64,000 nt of DNA, taken from NCBI RefSeq assembly GCF_018350175.1, contig NC_058368.1:176762001-176826000 (forward strand). Direction: 5' to 3'. The position numbers and the translations under genes are program-made. Source of the stretch: Felis catus (taxonomy: Eukaryota). This document shows, piece after piece, positions 12,782 to 26,247 of the stretch; the stretch's first letter is position 1, and the number at the start of each line of letters is the position of its first letter. Under the pieces are notes generated by a model. The model worked only from the letters and a program-made list of their open reading frames with translations, was not told the DNA's origin and did not search any database.

Positions 12782-13609
12782 TAGGTAGGCTTTTGTTTTC
12801 AATGGCTGTTGCTTTCTTCTGATTGAAAAATAGTGGACCTTATCAGTTGCATTGCCCCTTCCTGCTCTGTCTGGCCCACAGATGCAAGGAGCTAGATAGG
12901 GCATCTCAGCAGAAGATATCAGCCTGCTGATTATACTCTGGGCTCCTGCAGCTGTCTCAAGATCAAGGCGGGTGGGGCTCTCATATCTTCAGATTATTTA
13001 CATGTCACTTTAGTTCAGACTTTGAACCTGTGTCATTCCGCGCTTCTGGTGAGCAGAGAAAGTACACCAGAAAGCCTGCGTTCAAGTCCCTGCTCCGCCA
13101 CCTACCAGCAGTGTGACTTCAGACAAATGACTTCCCCTTTCTGCACTTCTGTAAAATGGGAATAATAACAGTTCCAATATCATAGGGCGGATGTGAGGAT
13201 TAAACAAGCCTAGCATCTCACAACTATGAGCTTTATTAGGAACATACAAACATAGTATCATTTATGATAGTAAAAAGTTGGTATCCACTTAAACGCCCGT
13301 CGCATGCTAGGATATCATCAAGATGGTAAAAATATATTCTGTCTTCTGTCATGGGAATATTAAATAGTAAAAGCTGGTTGCAAAACAACATGCCCAGGCT
13401 GATTCCCACCTGATTACGAATGAAGGATGAAAATATGTGTCTGTATAAGCACAGAAATATAGCTGATAAAATGTCACTTTTTTTTTTTTTTTTTTTTTGC
13501 TCGTCTGTGCTTTTCTGTTTTCCAAATGTTCTGCAGTGAACACATATTCCTGTTTTTAGTGAAAATTAAAAAAAACAGCAAATGCTCATTTTAAAAAAGA
13601 AGCCATGCC

Positions 13610-13836
13610 GGGGCGCCTGGGTGGCTCCGTCGGTTGGGCATCCAACTTCGGCTCAGCTCATGATCTCGCAGCTCGTGAGTTCGAGCCCCGCGTCGGGCTC
13701 TGTGCTGATGGCTCAGAGCCTGGAGCCTGCTTCGGAGTCTGTGTCTCCCTCTCTCTCTGCCCCAACCCACTCGCATTCTGTCTCTCTCAAAAATAAATAA
13801 ACATTAAAAAAGAGATTTTTTTTTTAAATTTTTTTT
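13610..13836 (+). mobile_element. CAN-SINE
   Basis: Canonical body; TSD aaaagaagc..tgcc. Confidence 0.92.
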
Positions 13837-15284
13837 AAAAGAAGCAGTGCCAAACTGTGGGTGGCTCCAGCCGGGTTCCCACATCCTGCTGCCCCATCCT
13901 GTCCGTAGCAATGGGGTTCTCCCGGCTCCTCAGAGAGTCTGTCCTCCCAAGGTAGGCGCCGGCCTCCGAGACTCTTCCCGCTCTCCTGCTGCAGAGGGAG
14001 GTCTCTGGATGTGGCTTTCCAGTGTGAGAGCCCAAGAAATGGAAAGAAATGAGTTTAAAATACCTCGAGGGAAGGCCTGAGCAGACGCTTTTCTAGTTAA
14101 AGTGCTGTTTGCTCTGCGGGTCCAGGCCCTCCTCCCATATCGCCTGCAGCTAAGGAGGGTTGGAAAGAATTGCAGGCCTGAGTTCTATGGTCTGCACGAG
14201 GTCACTGGGCACAAGAAAGTTCATCCAGATTAGAAGGATGCCCTGCACCCCACTCCCTGGGTGTTCATTCATTCGCTTTTAGCCCACCCCAAGGCGCATG
14301 GGGGTCAGCACGAAGTACGGTTATCACACTGCCAGAAAAGTACCAGGGGACCGCACCATTCGTTGTACTGAACATCTAGGACACTGCTATCCTCATTGCA
14401 AATGATGAGTGCTTTTTTCCTGGAGGGAGGGCTGTAGTAGGGGGAATAGTCTTGCTTTGCGTGACTCAGTTTTTTCCTTCCCCTTGGGGATGAAAGCCAG
14501 CCGTGGGCCACTGGAGCTGCAAGAAAGGGGGCCATTGGCTGAGGGTCCTCTCAGCCTGGTGGATACAAGCAGTGAGTCATGGGCACCCATCCCTAGCTGA
14601 AGGAGAGAAGTCGACGCTTGTTAAGAAGGCCACGTGGCCGGAGGGTTGTGAGTGTGGCTTCTGCCCTCAGAGACTGAGTTCTAGTCTGAATCTGCCATTC
14701 ACTCACTGTTGGCCTCGAGCCTTCTCCTCTGGGAATGGGTGGCTTTGGTGGCTTTGCAAATTAAGTGAGCTTTTGTGCAGAATGCCTGAGGACAGTACTG
14801 CTGGGACAGTTGTCCTTGGAGCTTCCTGGCCTGGGGTAATGCCCAGACACTGGGGCCCTGTGGTTCCTTCCCCAGAGCCCTTGTCAGCAGGGTTAGCCAG
14901 ACCCTGGCTAGAGCTGGCATTGCTGCCCCCTGCCACGACATGGGAACTGGCTGTAATTGAGTCAGGAGGCTCGGTGTCTCGTAGTGGGCCAGTGGGCAGG
15001 GGCTTGTGTGGCTCACTCCTCTGGGACTCTCCCAGGAGCCCACAGGTCCAAGCTTTGTCACACATCCATCGTTCCTCCGCCCCCTTCTCCAAACTGCGGG
15101 GTGTTTTCCTCCCATACTTGCTGGCCTGGATGCAAGCCTGCAGGTGGGCAGAGAGCCCAAGTGCAGGGCCCTCTTGAGGTGGTGAAGGGAGGAGGGACTA
15201 TTGGTGCATCTATTGTGTGCAGGTGGACAGAACTCTCCTGCCTGCTTCTCTGCAGGCCTATCCCAGGCCATCCTCAGGCATCCT

Positions 15285-15436
15285 TAGGGTTGCCAGATTT
15301 ACCAACTTTAACAGGATGACCTGTTAAATTTGAACTTTAGATAAACATGCGATATTTGGGACATACTGACACTACGGAATTCATCATTTTTTATTTGAAA
15401 TTCAAGTTTTACCAGGCATCCTGTACTTTGTCTGGC
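15285..15436. mobile_element. MER53-like palindromic hAT MITE
   Basis: tagggttgccagattt...ttaaatttgaa...gatatttgggacatact...gaaattcaagttt...tcctgtactttgtctggc. Confidence 0.7.
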
Positions 15437-17039
15437 TGTTCCACCAGAACCACCACTTTCAAAAAGAAACAACAACCAAGAGACCTTTGCACTTTGTAGT
15501 CGACCATGTTTCTTGAGAATTCACTGAACAAATATAAATCCTTACAGGAGCCCGGCACTTTGACATGCAGGGATGATATACAGATAAACAAGCCAGGAAT
15601 TCAGACTTCATGGAGGTCAGCGTTCTGAGAGAGACAGGTGGACAGGGTGTTTCGGAGCTAGTCTGGAACCTGGGGAGTAGGCACTTGGGTTCTGGGGAAG
15701 TTGGACTTGGACGAGGCGGCACGGCAGAGGTGATCCAAGGCCGATCACAAAGCCGGGGAGGGATTCCACAAGTGGAGAAAGGGAGGGGAATTTCAGGCAG
15801 AGAACAGGAAGGCGAAGAAATGGAAACCCCAGCATAAAGTGTGTTTGAGAAAAGCAGGAGAGCTTTGAGTGACGGAGATGCAGCGTGCCTGGCAGGTGCA
15901 GGCCAGAAGGACCTGGGGGCTCCTGAGTGGGCCAGCAACCACAAAAGAATACAAAGAAAAGAATACAAAGCATGGACGCCACGCTCAAGAAGGCCATGGC
16001 CCCAGTATACACGGGCTGGGGGCCAGGGGTCGGCACCAGAGGTGTCCAAAAGGAAGTCACTGGAGTAGTCAGGAAGCTGGTAGTCAGGGCCCCTCCTGCT
16101 GGCTGGGTGGTTAGAAAGGCCTTTCACAGGAGAGTGGAGGGGGCAGAACACAGATAAAAAGTGGGAGGATCTTGGAGAAAGAAAGCACCTGTCCACAGAA
16201 GGGCTGTGTGCAGTGAAGATGAAGTCGGGGTGGGAGGGACGGGAGGGAAGTATTAGAGGGGACTGTGGGAGTCCAGCTCCAGGAAGAGAGAATCTGATTG
16301 GCCAAGCCCAAGATCGCCTGGCCGTCCTTTGGCCCAGCAAGGGCCAGATATTGGGATAGATACTCCCCCTAAATTGCAAGCAGTGGGAGAGACAGTCATT
16401 GTAGGAGATTCAGGGTACTGTTGCTGAAGAAGGCGCTGGTGGAAACCATTGAGGCCGGCCACGTGGGTACTATTATTAGCCCATTTCACAAGTGTGGAAA
16501 CTGAGGCTTGGAAAGGTGGAATAATTTACCCAGGATTGCACTCAGCTCTATGCGCATCATTGACTACAAATGAGAGTATAGTCTCTCTCCCCAGACATGA
16601 AGGGAAACATTGCCTTAAAGCACATAAGGATAATATTTTCTAGTCTGCTTAATTAAGCAGAATTGCATGGACCCCCTGCCCACTGCATTGGCAAAGACAG
16701 CTAGAAACCCACACAGTGGCGTCACCATTTCCTCCTCCCCAGCCAAGGTGTGAATCAGCAGCCTTTGGCTTCGGGCCAGCCTTGGCTGCCAGTCCCTTGC
16801 ACAGATGTGGGTTTATTGTCTGCCCTGGCCAAGCCTGGCCCCAGGCCGGAGAGAGGCTAAGATAGCCAGGCAGCCTTTGTCCCCATGGAGGTCACCGTCT
16901 GTTGGGAATGCATCACCACTGCATTGGGGCCCTGATGGGGCATAGCATGGAGCTGTGGTGACAGGGAGGGGTCTGAGGCCTGGGCTGCCTATTCTTCACT
17001 GGGACAGAGAGGTTTGCTCTGGAGGGGGAAAGCCAACTG

Positions 17040-17745
17040 GCAGAGGAATCCTCAACATGGGTAGAATTCAGAGGGTCCTGAACTTGGAAGGGGGAAAGTT
17101 CATCTTTATTTCCATTAGCCTCTGGCCTTAACTTAGCATTGCCTTTCTTTGTGAACGAAGGCAGCAGCCCTCAGTGATGTTAGTAATACCTGGGACTTTG
17201 TCGCTAGAGGTAGTGTCGTATCACTTTATAGTTATTGCATGGATCCCAAAGATCATTCATTTATTGTCTGCTAGTAGTAAGTAGATCATTCACTAGTTGA
17301 GAATTGTAGTGTTACTCATCCTACCGCTAGATTTCGTTAATAAAGGGGTACCTGTATTTGCTGTTGTGGTTTTTTTTTTTAAGTTTTTCAACGTTTATTT
17401 ATTTTTGGGACAGAGAGAGACAGAGCATGAACGGGGGAGGGGCAGAGAGAGAGGGAGACACAGAATCGGAAACAGGCTCCAGGCTCTGAGCCATCAGCCC
17501 AGAGCCTGACGCGGGGCTCGAACTCCCGGACCGCGAGATCGTGACCTGGCTGAAGTCGGACGCTTAACCGACTGCGCCACCCAGGCGCCCCTGCTGTTTT
17601 GGTTTTTGAAACCCTTTCAATATATATAATTCAGTGTAATCCGTTTCATTTGAAATCCTTTGTGCTTTATTTTATTAATGCTAGATCATTCTGAGAAGTG
17701 GTCCATGGGTTGCGCGAGGTTGCCAGCGGGGTCCTAAGCACCAAA
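17040..17745. mobile_element. Old hAT-Charlie-type remnant (MER113-like) interrupted by a SINE
   Basis: tagaattcagagggtcctgaacttgga...attctgagaagtggtccatggg; family assignment from memory. Confidence 0.4.
17370..17591 (-). mobile_element. Young feline CAN-SINE (antisense)
   Basis: CpG-intact cttaaccgactgcgccacccaggcgcccc; TSD tgctgtt(g/t)tggtttt. Confidence 0.93.
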
Positions 17746-19738
17746 AAAAAAAAAAAAAAAGATGAAAAACTTCTGGGTAGAAGTTTCCAACTTTAGGTTT
17801 GGAAGCCAGATGGCATGGGCTCGACCCGGCTCTGCTGGTTCCCAGCTGTGTGAGCTGGAGTAAGCGTCTTAACTTCTCTGTGCCTCACTTTTTTCATCTG
17901 TAAAATGAGAATAAGAATGGCACCTACTGTGGGTTGTTTCACATAAAGGGTTTAGAGCAGTACCCGGCTGTGAAAGGGCTGGGTAGTTACCTGTTAGTAT
18001 TGTCTTAGCATCATCATTATCACCATTACTTTCCAGACAAGCAACGCAGCTGATATGACTCGGGTGGTCTGGAATGATTGCATGTTGAGAAGCATCCTCT
18101 AAACGGACTAGCCCGGAATGCACCCCCTGAGATTTAAAGCAGTTTTCCTGGATGATTTATATATTCGGATATTCAGCGGTGTGGTAATTAAAGCGATGTC
18201 AAAAATAGCCTAGATGTTTGTCATTGGAAATGTGATTAGATAAATGATAGATGGCCTTCAGTGGACTATTAAGGGTTCTTTAAACATGGTTTGTTCAAAG
18301 AATTTTTAACGAGATGGGGAAATGCTCACCATATAATGCAAGTGAAAAAGACAAATTGTATATACAATGTGATCTTCATTTCTTGAGTACTTCCGAAAAG
18401 AGTCTGGGAAGAAATATGCCCAAAACAGCATTTCTGGTGGTGGAAACACGGACAGTTTTAAGACCTCAGACTTTGCTGTCAGGGCTTGTTCCCAGCTGGA
18501 TTGCACAAGTGACTTGACCTCCCGAGGCCTTACTTCCTCCACTACAGAATGGAAACAGCAATACAATGCAGCCTCATAGGAAGTACATCTAGGCTGTTAG
18601 TCGTTGTGAAGAATTATATGGTTTTATATTGCATTGTATTTTTGTGTGTTATCGCACGTTTCCCTGGAGGGGAGAGGACAGTGTAGTATGGCAGAGGCAG
18701 GAAGGAGAGAGGGAGAAGGAGGGGACCCTGTTCCCTTGCTCCCCCTTTTCCTGTCTCATGGACTTGTGTATGAACCATGAGAAGCTGGCAGAAAATTCCA
18801 CACAGGAGCTCGAATTGAGGCTGGGAGGAATACTCTCAGCCAGATGCGCCCAGCAGGATATGGGGACAGGGGTGGCCAAGGATACTCACAGAACTTGACC
18901 CTTAGGAATCACTACGGTTTTTGCAAGAAAAAGGGCTCCTTGTCTGACCAAAGCTTGGAACCCACTTCTGTAGCCCCCCCCCCCCCTTTATCTGGTGCAA
19001 GAATCCCTCTCTCCTTATGACACCTCTACTAGGTGGCTGTCCCCAGGGTCTGAGAGCTCGGTCCTTCCACATTCTCATCTAGTTGTTTTCTCCTCCATGT
19101 CCCCAAGCCCAGTGGGACAAGATGAGGCCAGACTTAGGGGTAGGGGGCAGTTGTTTAGGGAGTATTCTAGATTAGTTGGCCTCTTTCTGCCTGTCACCCA
19201 ACCAGGGCACCCAGCTTTGATTCTGAGGCTCTCAATGGACAAGCACCATTGCAGTGCCCATATATTGGATCCAGTCATCCATTGACGTGTCTTCTCTCCC
19301 ACGGGACCTGAGTCCCTCATAGTCCAGGGCCTTACTCAGGACAGGAGCCACGTGTATTCCTTGAAGCCATAACTGCTTGGGCTCTCTCAGTCCCAAGGTC
19401 CCATGATTCTAGGGCGATGGCCATTGACATTGTTCAGCTGAGACAATCAGATTCCTTCTGACGACCTCCTTTTGCCACCAGACCAAGCCTTTTGTCATAG
19501 CTGTTAAGGCACAGGCTTTGGAGGCAGCCAGACCTGGATGCAAATCCCGGCTGTGTCATTTTCTAGTTGTGCAATTTTGGGTGGGTTACTTAACCTCTTA
19601 GAACTTCAGTATCTTCTTCATTTATAAATGGAGGAGTCATCCCAGTACATGACACGTAGTAAACACTCAAGAGAAAAGTAACTGTAATTCTTAGTCTATC
19701 TGGAAACAGAAGGAATCCTCTAACCCTCTGGGATGCTG

Positions 19739-19804
19739 TTAGGTTGAACCCTATGAAATTGTCCATTTTTTACCCAAATGGCAGTTTCACTGGGTTCAAC
19801 CTAA
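19739..19804. mobile_element. MADE2-like mariner MITE
   Basis: Perfect 13-bp terminal inverted repeats ttaggttgaaccc / gggttcaacctaa, with internal tatgaaattg..aaatggcagtttca. Confidence 0.8.
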
Positions 19805-22800
19805 TGATATGAATTGGATTTGGGCCTAAGGCACTCGCTCTGCTTGCGTGGAAGGGGATTGGTGTTCACTACTATACCAGACATGTTGCAGACATTATCC
19901 CATCATATGCATTACAACAACCCTGAGAGACAGGAAATACTTTTATTAGCATCTCTGTTTTACAGACGGGGAAACTGAGGCTCCTCAGTAGCTTGCTTGA
20001 GGAAGTGTTTTTAGCAGGATCGGAACCCACGTCTGTCCAGCTCAGAGTCTGTGTGGTTGGCATTGTTGCTGTCTTGAGGCTGGGCTGCCTGTCCTGTGTG
20101 GTGTCGCCTCACCTCGTTGCTGGAAGAGCTCCCAGCATTCTCTTGGGCCCCCTGGCCCAGCAGCTGGCAGATGTGGACCAGAGCCTCCCTGAGATGTCAC
20201 CTGGGGGACCCCACATTTCTGACCCTCAGTTAGACTGTCTCCGCTTCCACAGTTTTCTGCTGCAGTGCCTTTGGCCTTGGTTGGAGGACTGGAGGGTGAT
20301 AAGGACTTGTGTCAGTTATCCTTCCAAACTTTGGGAGTGTTCTTCCCAAGCCCTCCTGTTCACCTGATTCAACACCTAGATCCTGGTGTCTAAACTCTGG
20401 ATCCAGGCACAGTGTCTCCTCGTCCAGTCCTTGTCCACAGCCCCACTGAGGCAGAGCCAGAGTGGCCACTAGAGGCAGGAGGCCAGACAGGGGGCCCTTG
20501 CAGAAACCCAGACTGGTGACTGTGTTGGCCTGAACTAAATAAGGCCATCGGCTTTTCCAGACTCAGTTACCCCATCTATAAAATGGGGAAGACAATAGGT
20601 CCTGCCCCATAGGGGAATAAGGATTAACTGGCCTGAGCATGGCCAGTAGTAAGGAAGTGCTCCTTGAATGTGAATCTGTGTGGTGGTTTTGCTGTTTTCC
20701 ATTAAGAGGGAACCCCTGAGAGACTCTAAGGAGGAAGGAAATCCAGTCAGATGCTGTGTTTTAGAAATATCCCTGTTGAGGTGAGAAGAGGGGCAGGAGG
20801 CCCTGGAGGGAGCAGCTGCTGCATCCAAAATGAGGTGGCCCAGGCCTGAGCTGAGGCTGCATGGTGGAGGAAACAGCCAGCGAGGAGGCAGCATGAGCCA
20901 GCGGGGCGGGGAGGACCCAGGATGAGAGCTGGCTGCCAGATTCTTTGCTCTGTCTTCTCTCCTACATCTTTCCAGCCACCCTGGCCCCCATCTCCTCCTC
21001 CACTGAACTCCCTCCCAGCTTGGAGGTCCCAAGTCCATGTGACCTTGTTTTAGAAGGTACCAGACTTCTGGGGTCTTCTGATTTCTGCCGGATCAAGAAT
21101 AGCCAGGCACCTGCACACATTTCATTGCCTTTGTACCCACTAACTGTAGGTTGGGGGAGAAGTAACAACTATTCTTTATTGAGTAGCTGCCGTGTGCCTG
21201 GTGCTGTGCTTAGAGCTTTGCATGCGTTGAATCAGCTGATCTTTACTGTCATCCCATGAGGGAGGCACCACTATTACCCCCGTTTTACAGATGGAGAAGC
21301 AGGCTGAGATAGGACTTGCCCAGGCCCATGCAGCTAGGAAGTCACAGGGTTTGAACCCAGGCTTCGGGCGGGTCTGGCGGGGGTCACACTCTGGAGTTTT
21401 CAAACGCACCCCAAATGTACTGTGCAGCCAGGTTTGCGAACCTGTCGGGGACAGTAGGTATGTGGTTGGGGCCGTGCACTGGTTTATGAGCCCATGTAAT
21501 CTGTACATTAGAGAGCGCCTACTGCTCACAGGCACTCTTTGACTTCGCATATGTGGCCTCATTTACATTTCAAAACAGAGACTTGTTGCCCAAAGTCACC
21601 TGGCTGGTAAGTGGTAAAGCAGGATTCGAGGTCGGCTCTGATGTTCTTGGGAGCCAGGGGAAATGAACATACTTGCTTATGGTCCCGTGACTCCTTTTTA
21701 CCTGGTCTTCTTGGTTAGGAATGGGCATTCTGAAGTAAAATAAATCTGGGTTCACATTCTGTCATCCTCCTTCACCAGCTGCATGGCTTTGGGGCAGTGA
21801 CCTAACCTCTCTGAATGCTGGTTTTCTCTGCTGTGAAATGGGTGGATAGTAAATTTCACTCCATAGGGTTTCCTGACAGCAGAGTGCTGGGGATTTAGTA
21901 AGTGGTCATTAGGTGTTGGTCCTCCTTTGGAAAACTCCTACTGATTCCTCGAGATCCAGAGCAGTTGGTTTTTTGGTTTTTGTGGGGGTTTTTCGTTTGT
22001 TTTTCATCTGGAAAGCCTGTCTGAAGTTCTCCCTGCAAAATTAGCCCTCATCCCCTCTGTGCCCCCACAGAGTCTATAGAGTGCTTCTAGGGAGCCTGTG
22101 GCCTGTGATGTCGTCTCTCGAGTACCCACTCTGTGCCAGGCACTGTGCCGGACCCTTTAGGTGAGAACTGAGACCCACCTGACCTTGCCTGCTGGGGTTT
22201 AGATCTTGGCTGTGTCGCATGGTGGCTATGTGACCTTGGGTAAGCTAGTTGCCCTTTCCGAGTCTCCAGATCCCACGACATAACATAAACGAAGTACTTG
22301 GCATAGCCCCCAATCAGCCCAATAAATGTGGCCCGTTTTGATTCTTTTTCATTACTTGGGCAGCTTTATCCCTACTATCTGTGGGGATATCCCTACCTAC
22401 TCTCCCTACATACAGATGTGTTGCACATAGTGGGTGCTCACGTGGGCTTCCCGGTTCTGTCCCGTCAGCCCTGTTAACACAGGACAGGTCCCAACTTGAA
22501 ATCTCTCAGCTCTGTTTCCTGCAAGGCCCCGGGCTCCTCTGAGGCCTGGCAGCCTTAGAGATCCCCACAAGCCCTAAGTGCCTGCCCTGGAGGCTTTCCT
22601 AGAAAGCCAGCCTTCAGGTTGGTTTCAGCAAGCCTGGGCTCCAGCTGCCAGCACCTCTGCTTGCCATTGGAAAGTTCCCCATGCTGCTCTGGGCCAGATG
22701 TGTGCGAGGACGTGTGTTGGCAGCCAGAGGCCCAGGCTGGAGCTGCACACCCGGCCCAGCGAGTGTTTCCATCAGTTCCATGGCTCTGTATAGAAGAAGG

Positions 22801-23311
22801 GAGGTAGCCTGGCCAGCCTGGAAGTGGTTCCTGCTGCCCGCCATCTGGAGAAGACTCTGGCAGTGAGGGAAAGACAGGCTCCAAGGGTGGGCAGCTCCGT
22901 GTGCAGGCACACAAGGAGGGGATGGTTGATTGGGTTTCGCAGCATGACCTTCCTGACTGTTCCTTTTAACATAGCTTTACCTCGAAAAGATTTGAGTTGG
23001 CCCCAGGGGAGACGGACTGTCTGAGCCTCCAGCGCCTCATCTCTATAATGGGGTTAGCAGTGATGGTGCTGGAAGCTACCTAGAGTCGGGCAGTGTGCCA
23101 GGCACCTTGCGTGCATTAGCTCCCGTAATCCTTAGCCAACCCTAAAAAGTAGGTACTATTCTCTCCATTTTATAGATGAGAAAATGGAGGCTGGAGCCAT
23201 GCATGAACTTGCAAAGTCACACAACAGCTTCCAGCTATAGAGCCGAGATTCATACCCGGTACTCTAAGGCCAGCGCCTGCCTGTTTTTTTAATGACATTA
23301 AGAAGTGATTG

Positions 23312-23312
<1 letters not shown>

Positions 23313-23360
<48 letters not shown>
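23313..23360 (+). repeat. (TG)24 microsatellite
   Basis: Read directly, uninterrupted. Confidence 0.97.
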
Positions 23361-23361
<1 letters not shown>

Positions 23362-26041
23362 TTGTTATTTTTAGTTTTTAGTTGTGTGCGGTAAAACTCC
23401 CTCTTTTGGTATAGCATCCTGAGTTTTTATGCATGTGCAGGTTCTCATAACCACCACCACAGACAGGATACGGAACAATTCCATCATCCCCGCCAAAGAA
23501 TTCCCTCAGGCTGGCCTGGTGGGATGGGAATTTGCTCCTGTGGTGTGCTCTTTTTCTCCATCGCCTGTTCCGAGAAGCCTGGGGGTGAGAGGTGGACTTC
23601 TCTTCCCGGGTTGGGCCCCATGCCTGCGTTCTCCTCTGTCACAAAGCTGGTTCTGTTTCTAGTTGAGCTGTCCATTCAGCCATTTCAAGAGCATTGTCGC
23701 TCTCCAGACACAGAGAGCCTTGAGTGAGGTCACCTTGATTTATGACTGCGTGGCCCTCTCTTGGCTTTTTGTCACTTTGCCTGCCTGCCTGCCTGTCCAT
23801 CCGTCTGCCTTTCACCAGATGTTTCCCAAGGGCCAAATGTCACCCAGATGGATTTGGGTGGCAAAGCCACGGTGCACCAGATGGATTTGGCCCCTGCCCC
23901 CTTAAGGCTCCCGGGGGAGAAGGGGTGACAGCCGTGCAAACAGAACGGCACACCCAGAGGAATGTATACTGAGAGGGCAGTCCCAGTGGCTGCGGGAACC
24001 CACAGAATGGGGCCAGACCCAGACGTGGGGTCTTCAAAGGCTTCCTGAGCTGACCCTTGAGAAGTAAAGAGGCACCAGACAGGCAAAGGGAGAGGTGTTC
24101 CTGCCAAAGGCCATAGCATGTGCAGGGCCAGGAGGCAAGGGAGAGCCTTGCTGGGAGGAAGCCCCTAAAACCCCCTAGCGTGCTGCTGTTGTCTTCCTTG
24201 ACAAGGCTGAAAGCTCCAGAAGGGCGGGGGCCTCTGTCTCCTCCATAGCCAGAGCTCCAGCTCTTGGAAGGGAGCCTGGTACACAGTGGGCACTCTGTCC
24301 ATATTGGCTGAATGCATGAGCGAATGAATGAACTGAAGTGTTTGAAGCAGAGGCGAGAGACACAATTAGATTTTCACTTTAGAGAGAGTGCCCCTTTGTC
24401 CCACCTCCCAGCCTCGCACTCCTCTGCCCACGGGTGGTCAGAGACCCTCAGCTCCACTGCACATCCACCGCGTACCCTATGGACGAGGAGCGGTCAGAAC
24501 ACAGCCCTGAACCACAGCATCTTATCTGCAGCTAACGCCACAAGCACTTGGATTTGGGCCCCATTCCAAGCATTCACTTAATTGAAAAGATTGGAAAAAA
24601 AAAAAAAAAAAAGAAAAAGAAAAATTGGCAGCCAGCCACCCTCAATGTGTCACTTGCTGTAGAGCCTGAGCTTGGTGATTCCTGACGCCGATGTGGGGAC
24701 AGGAAAGTTCTGGGCTGGGGCCAGGACACCTGAGGCCTGGCCCTGGGAAGCTAGGAGGAGACAGGACTTCAGAGGTTGAAGGGGCCAGGATCCAATCTGA
24801 AGTCACCTGCCCTTCGCAGCTGCGTGACCTCAGGCATGCCACATCACCACTTTGGGCCTGAGTTTCCCTCCCCTGACCTAAGGGGGGGCCCCACCTTCCT
24901 GGCAGACATTTCATGAGGATTGCACACTCTATTCATAAAGCACTTAGCACAGGGCCAGTGTTTAGCAGCACATTTCCCAACATGGTCAATAGTTTTGTCT
25001 TGGGCCCCCACTCGCCTTGGTCCTGCCTCACTGTGACACCCTGCGATCACCTCCTGGGTCTCCAGGACATCGTGACATTTGGCAGCATTTCCCCAGGAAT
25101 AGCCTCAACGTACTTTCTCTGAAAAGATAAATACACGGTCTTGAGCACTTCCGGTGGTGTCGCTGCTCCGGGGTGCTGGGAATCAGACAAACTGCAGGGT
25201 GTTGCAATTCCAAAAAGAGGTTGGGAGTGCTGACCTACATAGGCCAGATGTTGGGCAGACAGCTGGGGAGAGCCGACAGATCGGAACCAGAGGGAACTCG
25301 TGGTCTCCACGGGGAGCGGCAGAATCATGTTTCCCATTAGTTAAGCCTTCGGAGCCCATCCAACTGCCTCTGCTCTCTCCCTGTCTCCTCCACCCTTTTC
25401 TCTCTCTCTCCCTGCCTGCCTCCTACCCCCCTCAGACTGGGCTCCCCCACCTTAGGCCAGCATATTGCCAGAGACTGGAGCCCGGCCAGTCATTACCAGG
25501 CTGTCCCCGGGATCCGCCAACCCAGAAACCCAATGAGTGTGGGAGCTTAATGGAAGAGGGGGTTGCACTAGCCTTTTAAAGCTGGTTTCTTACTTAAACT
25601 AGGGTCTGCGTCTCCTGGGCGCCCTTAGACATATCCCCAGGAGCCTCCTCTGCAGGAAGTGGGTTCATCTGGATCTTGAAACTGACACAGCTGCCTGATT
25701 TCAGGGCTGCACGTGCTTTTGCAGTTAAGGTTGCGGCACAAGACAGCTTCTGTTATCGCTGGCTGAGCACCCGCTGCAGAAACTATGTGACTCTAAGCAG
25801 AAGCTGTAGCCCCTCGGTGAGCTGCGTAAGAGACCATTTTTCCTTCCTCCATCTGAAAGGGACTCTGCTGCTCCTCAGATCTGAAGAATGGCATTCTGGA
25901 GCAGAGCTCCTGCGTCCTCAGCACCTCCCAAGAGGAGCTCTGAGTCTGGTTCCAACCCTCCTGTCTGCCCTCTATGTGACCTGGGCAAGTCGCTTCCCCT
26001 CTGTGGCCTCATAACCCCAGCTGTAAAATAAGGGATGGTCT

Positions 26042-26247
26042 GGGGTGCCCGAGTGGCGCATTTGGTTAAGCGTCCAAATCTTGATTTCAGCTAGGTCAGG
26101 ATCTCACGGTTCATGGGAGGGATCAAGCCTCACATCAGGCTCTGTGCTATCAGTGCAGATTCTCTCCCTCTGTCTCTGCCCGCCCCTGCTCACATGCACA
26201 TTCTCTCGCTCTCGCTCTCAAAATAAATAAATTAATTTAAAAAATAA
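26042..26247 (+). mobile_element. CAN-SINE (older, diverged)
   Basis: Diverged head, CT tract, AATAAA tail; TSD aaaataagg(g/a)atggtct. Confidence 0.87.

Noticed and set aside
14503-15271. Overlapping ORFs of 224 and 190 aa
   Set aside because: Chance ORFs in GC-rich intron; no homology recognised.
15459-16379. 306-aa minus-strand ORF
   Set aside because: Non-ATG start, S/P/L-rich product from strand-skewed and probably repeat-derived DNA; no domain or splice support.
20462-20480. CTCF-like gtggccactagaggcagg
   Set aside because: One G short of the core CCACYAGRGGGC spacing; not supportable without a PWM scan or ChIP data.
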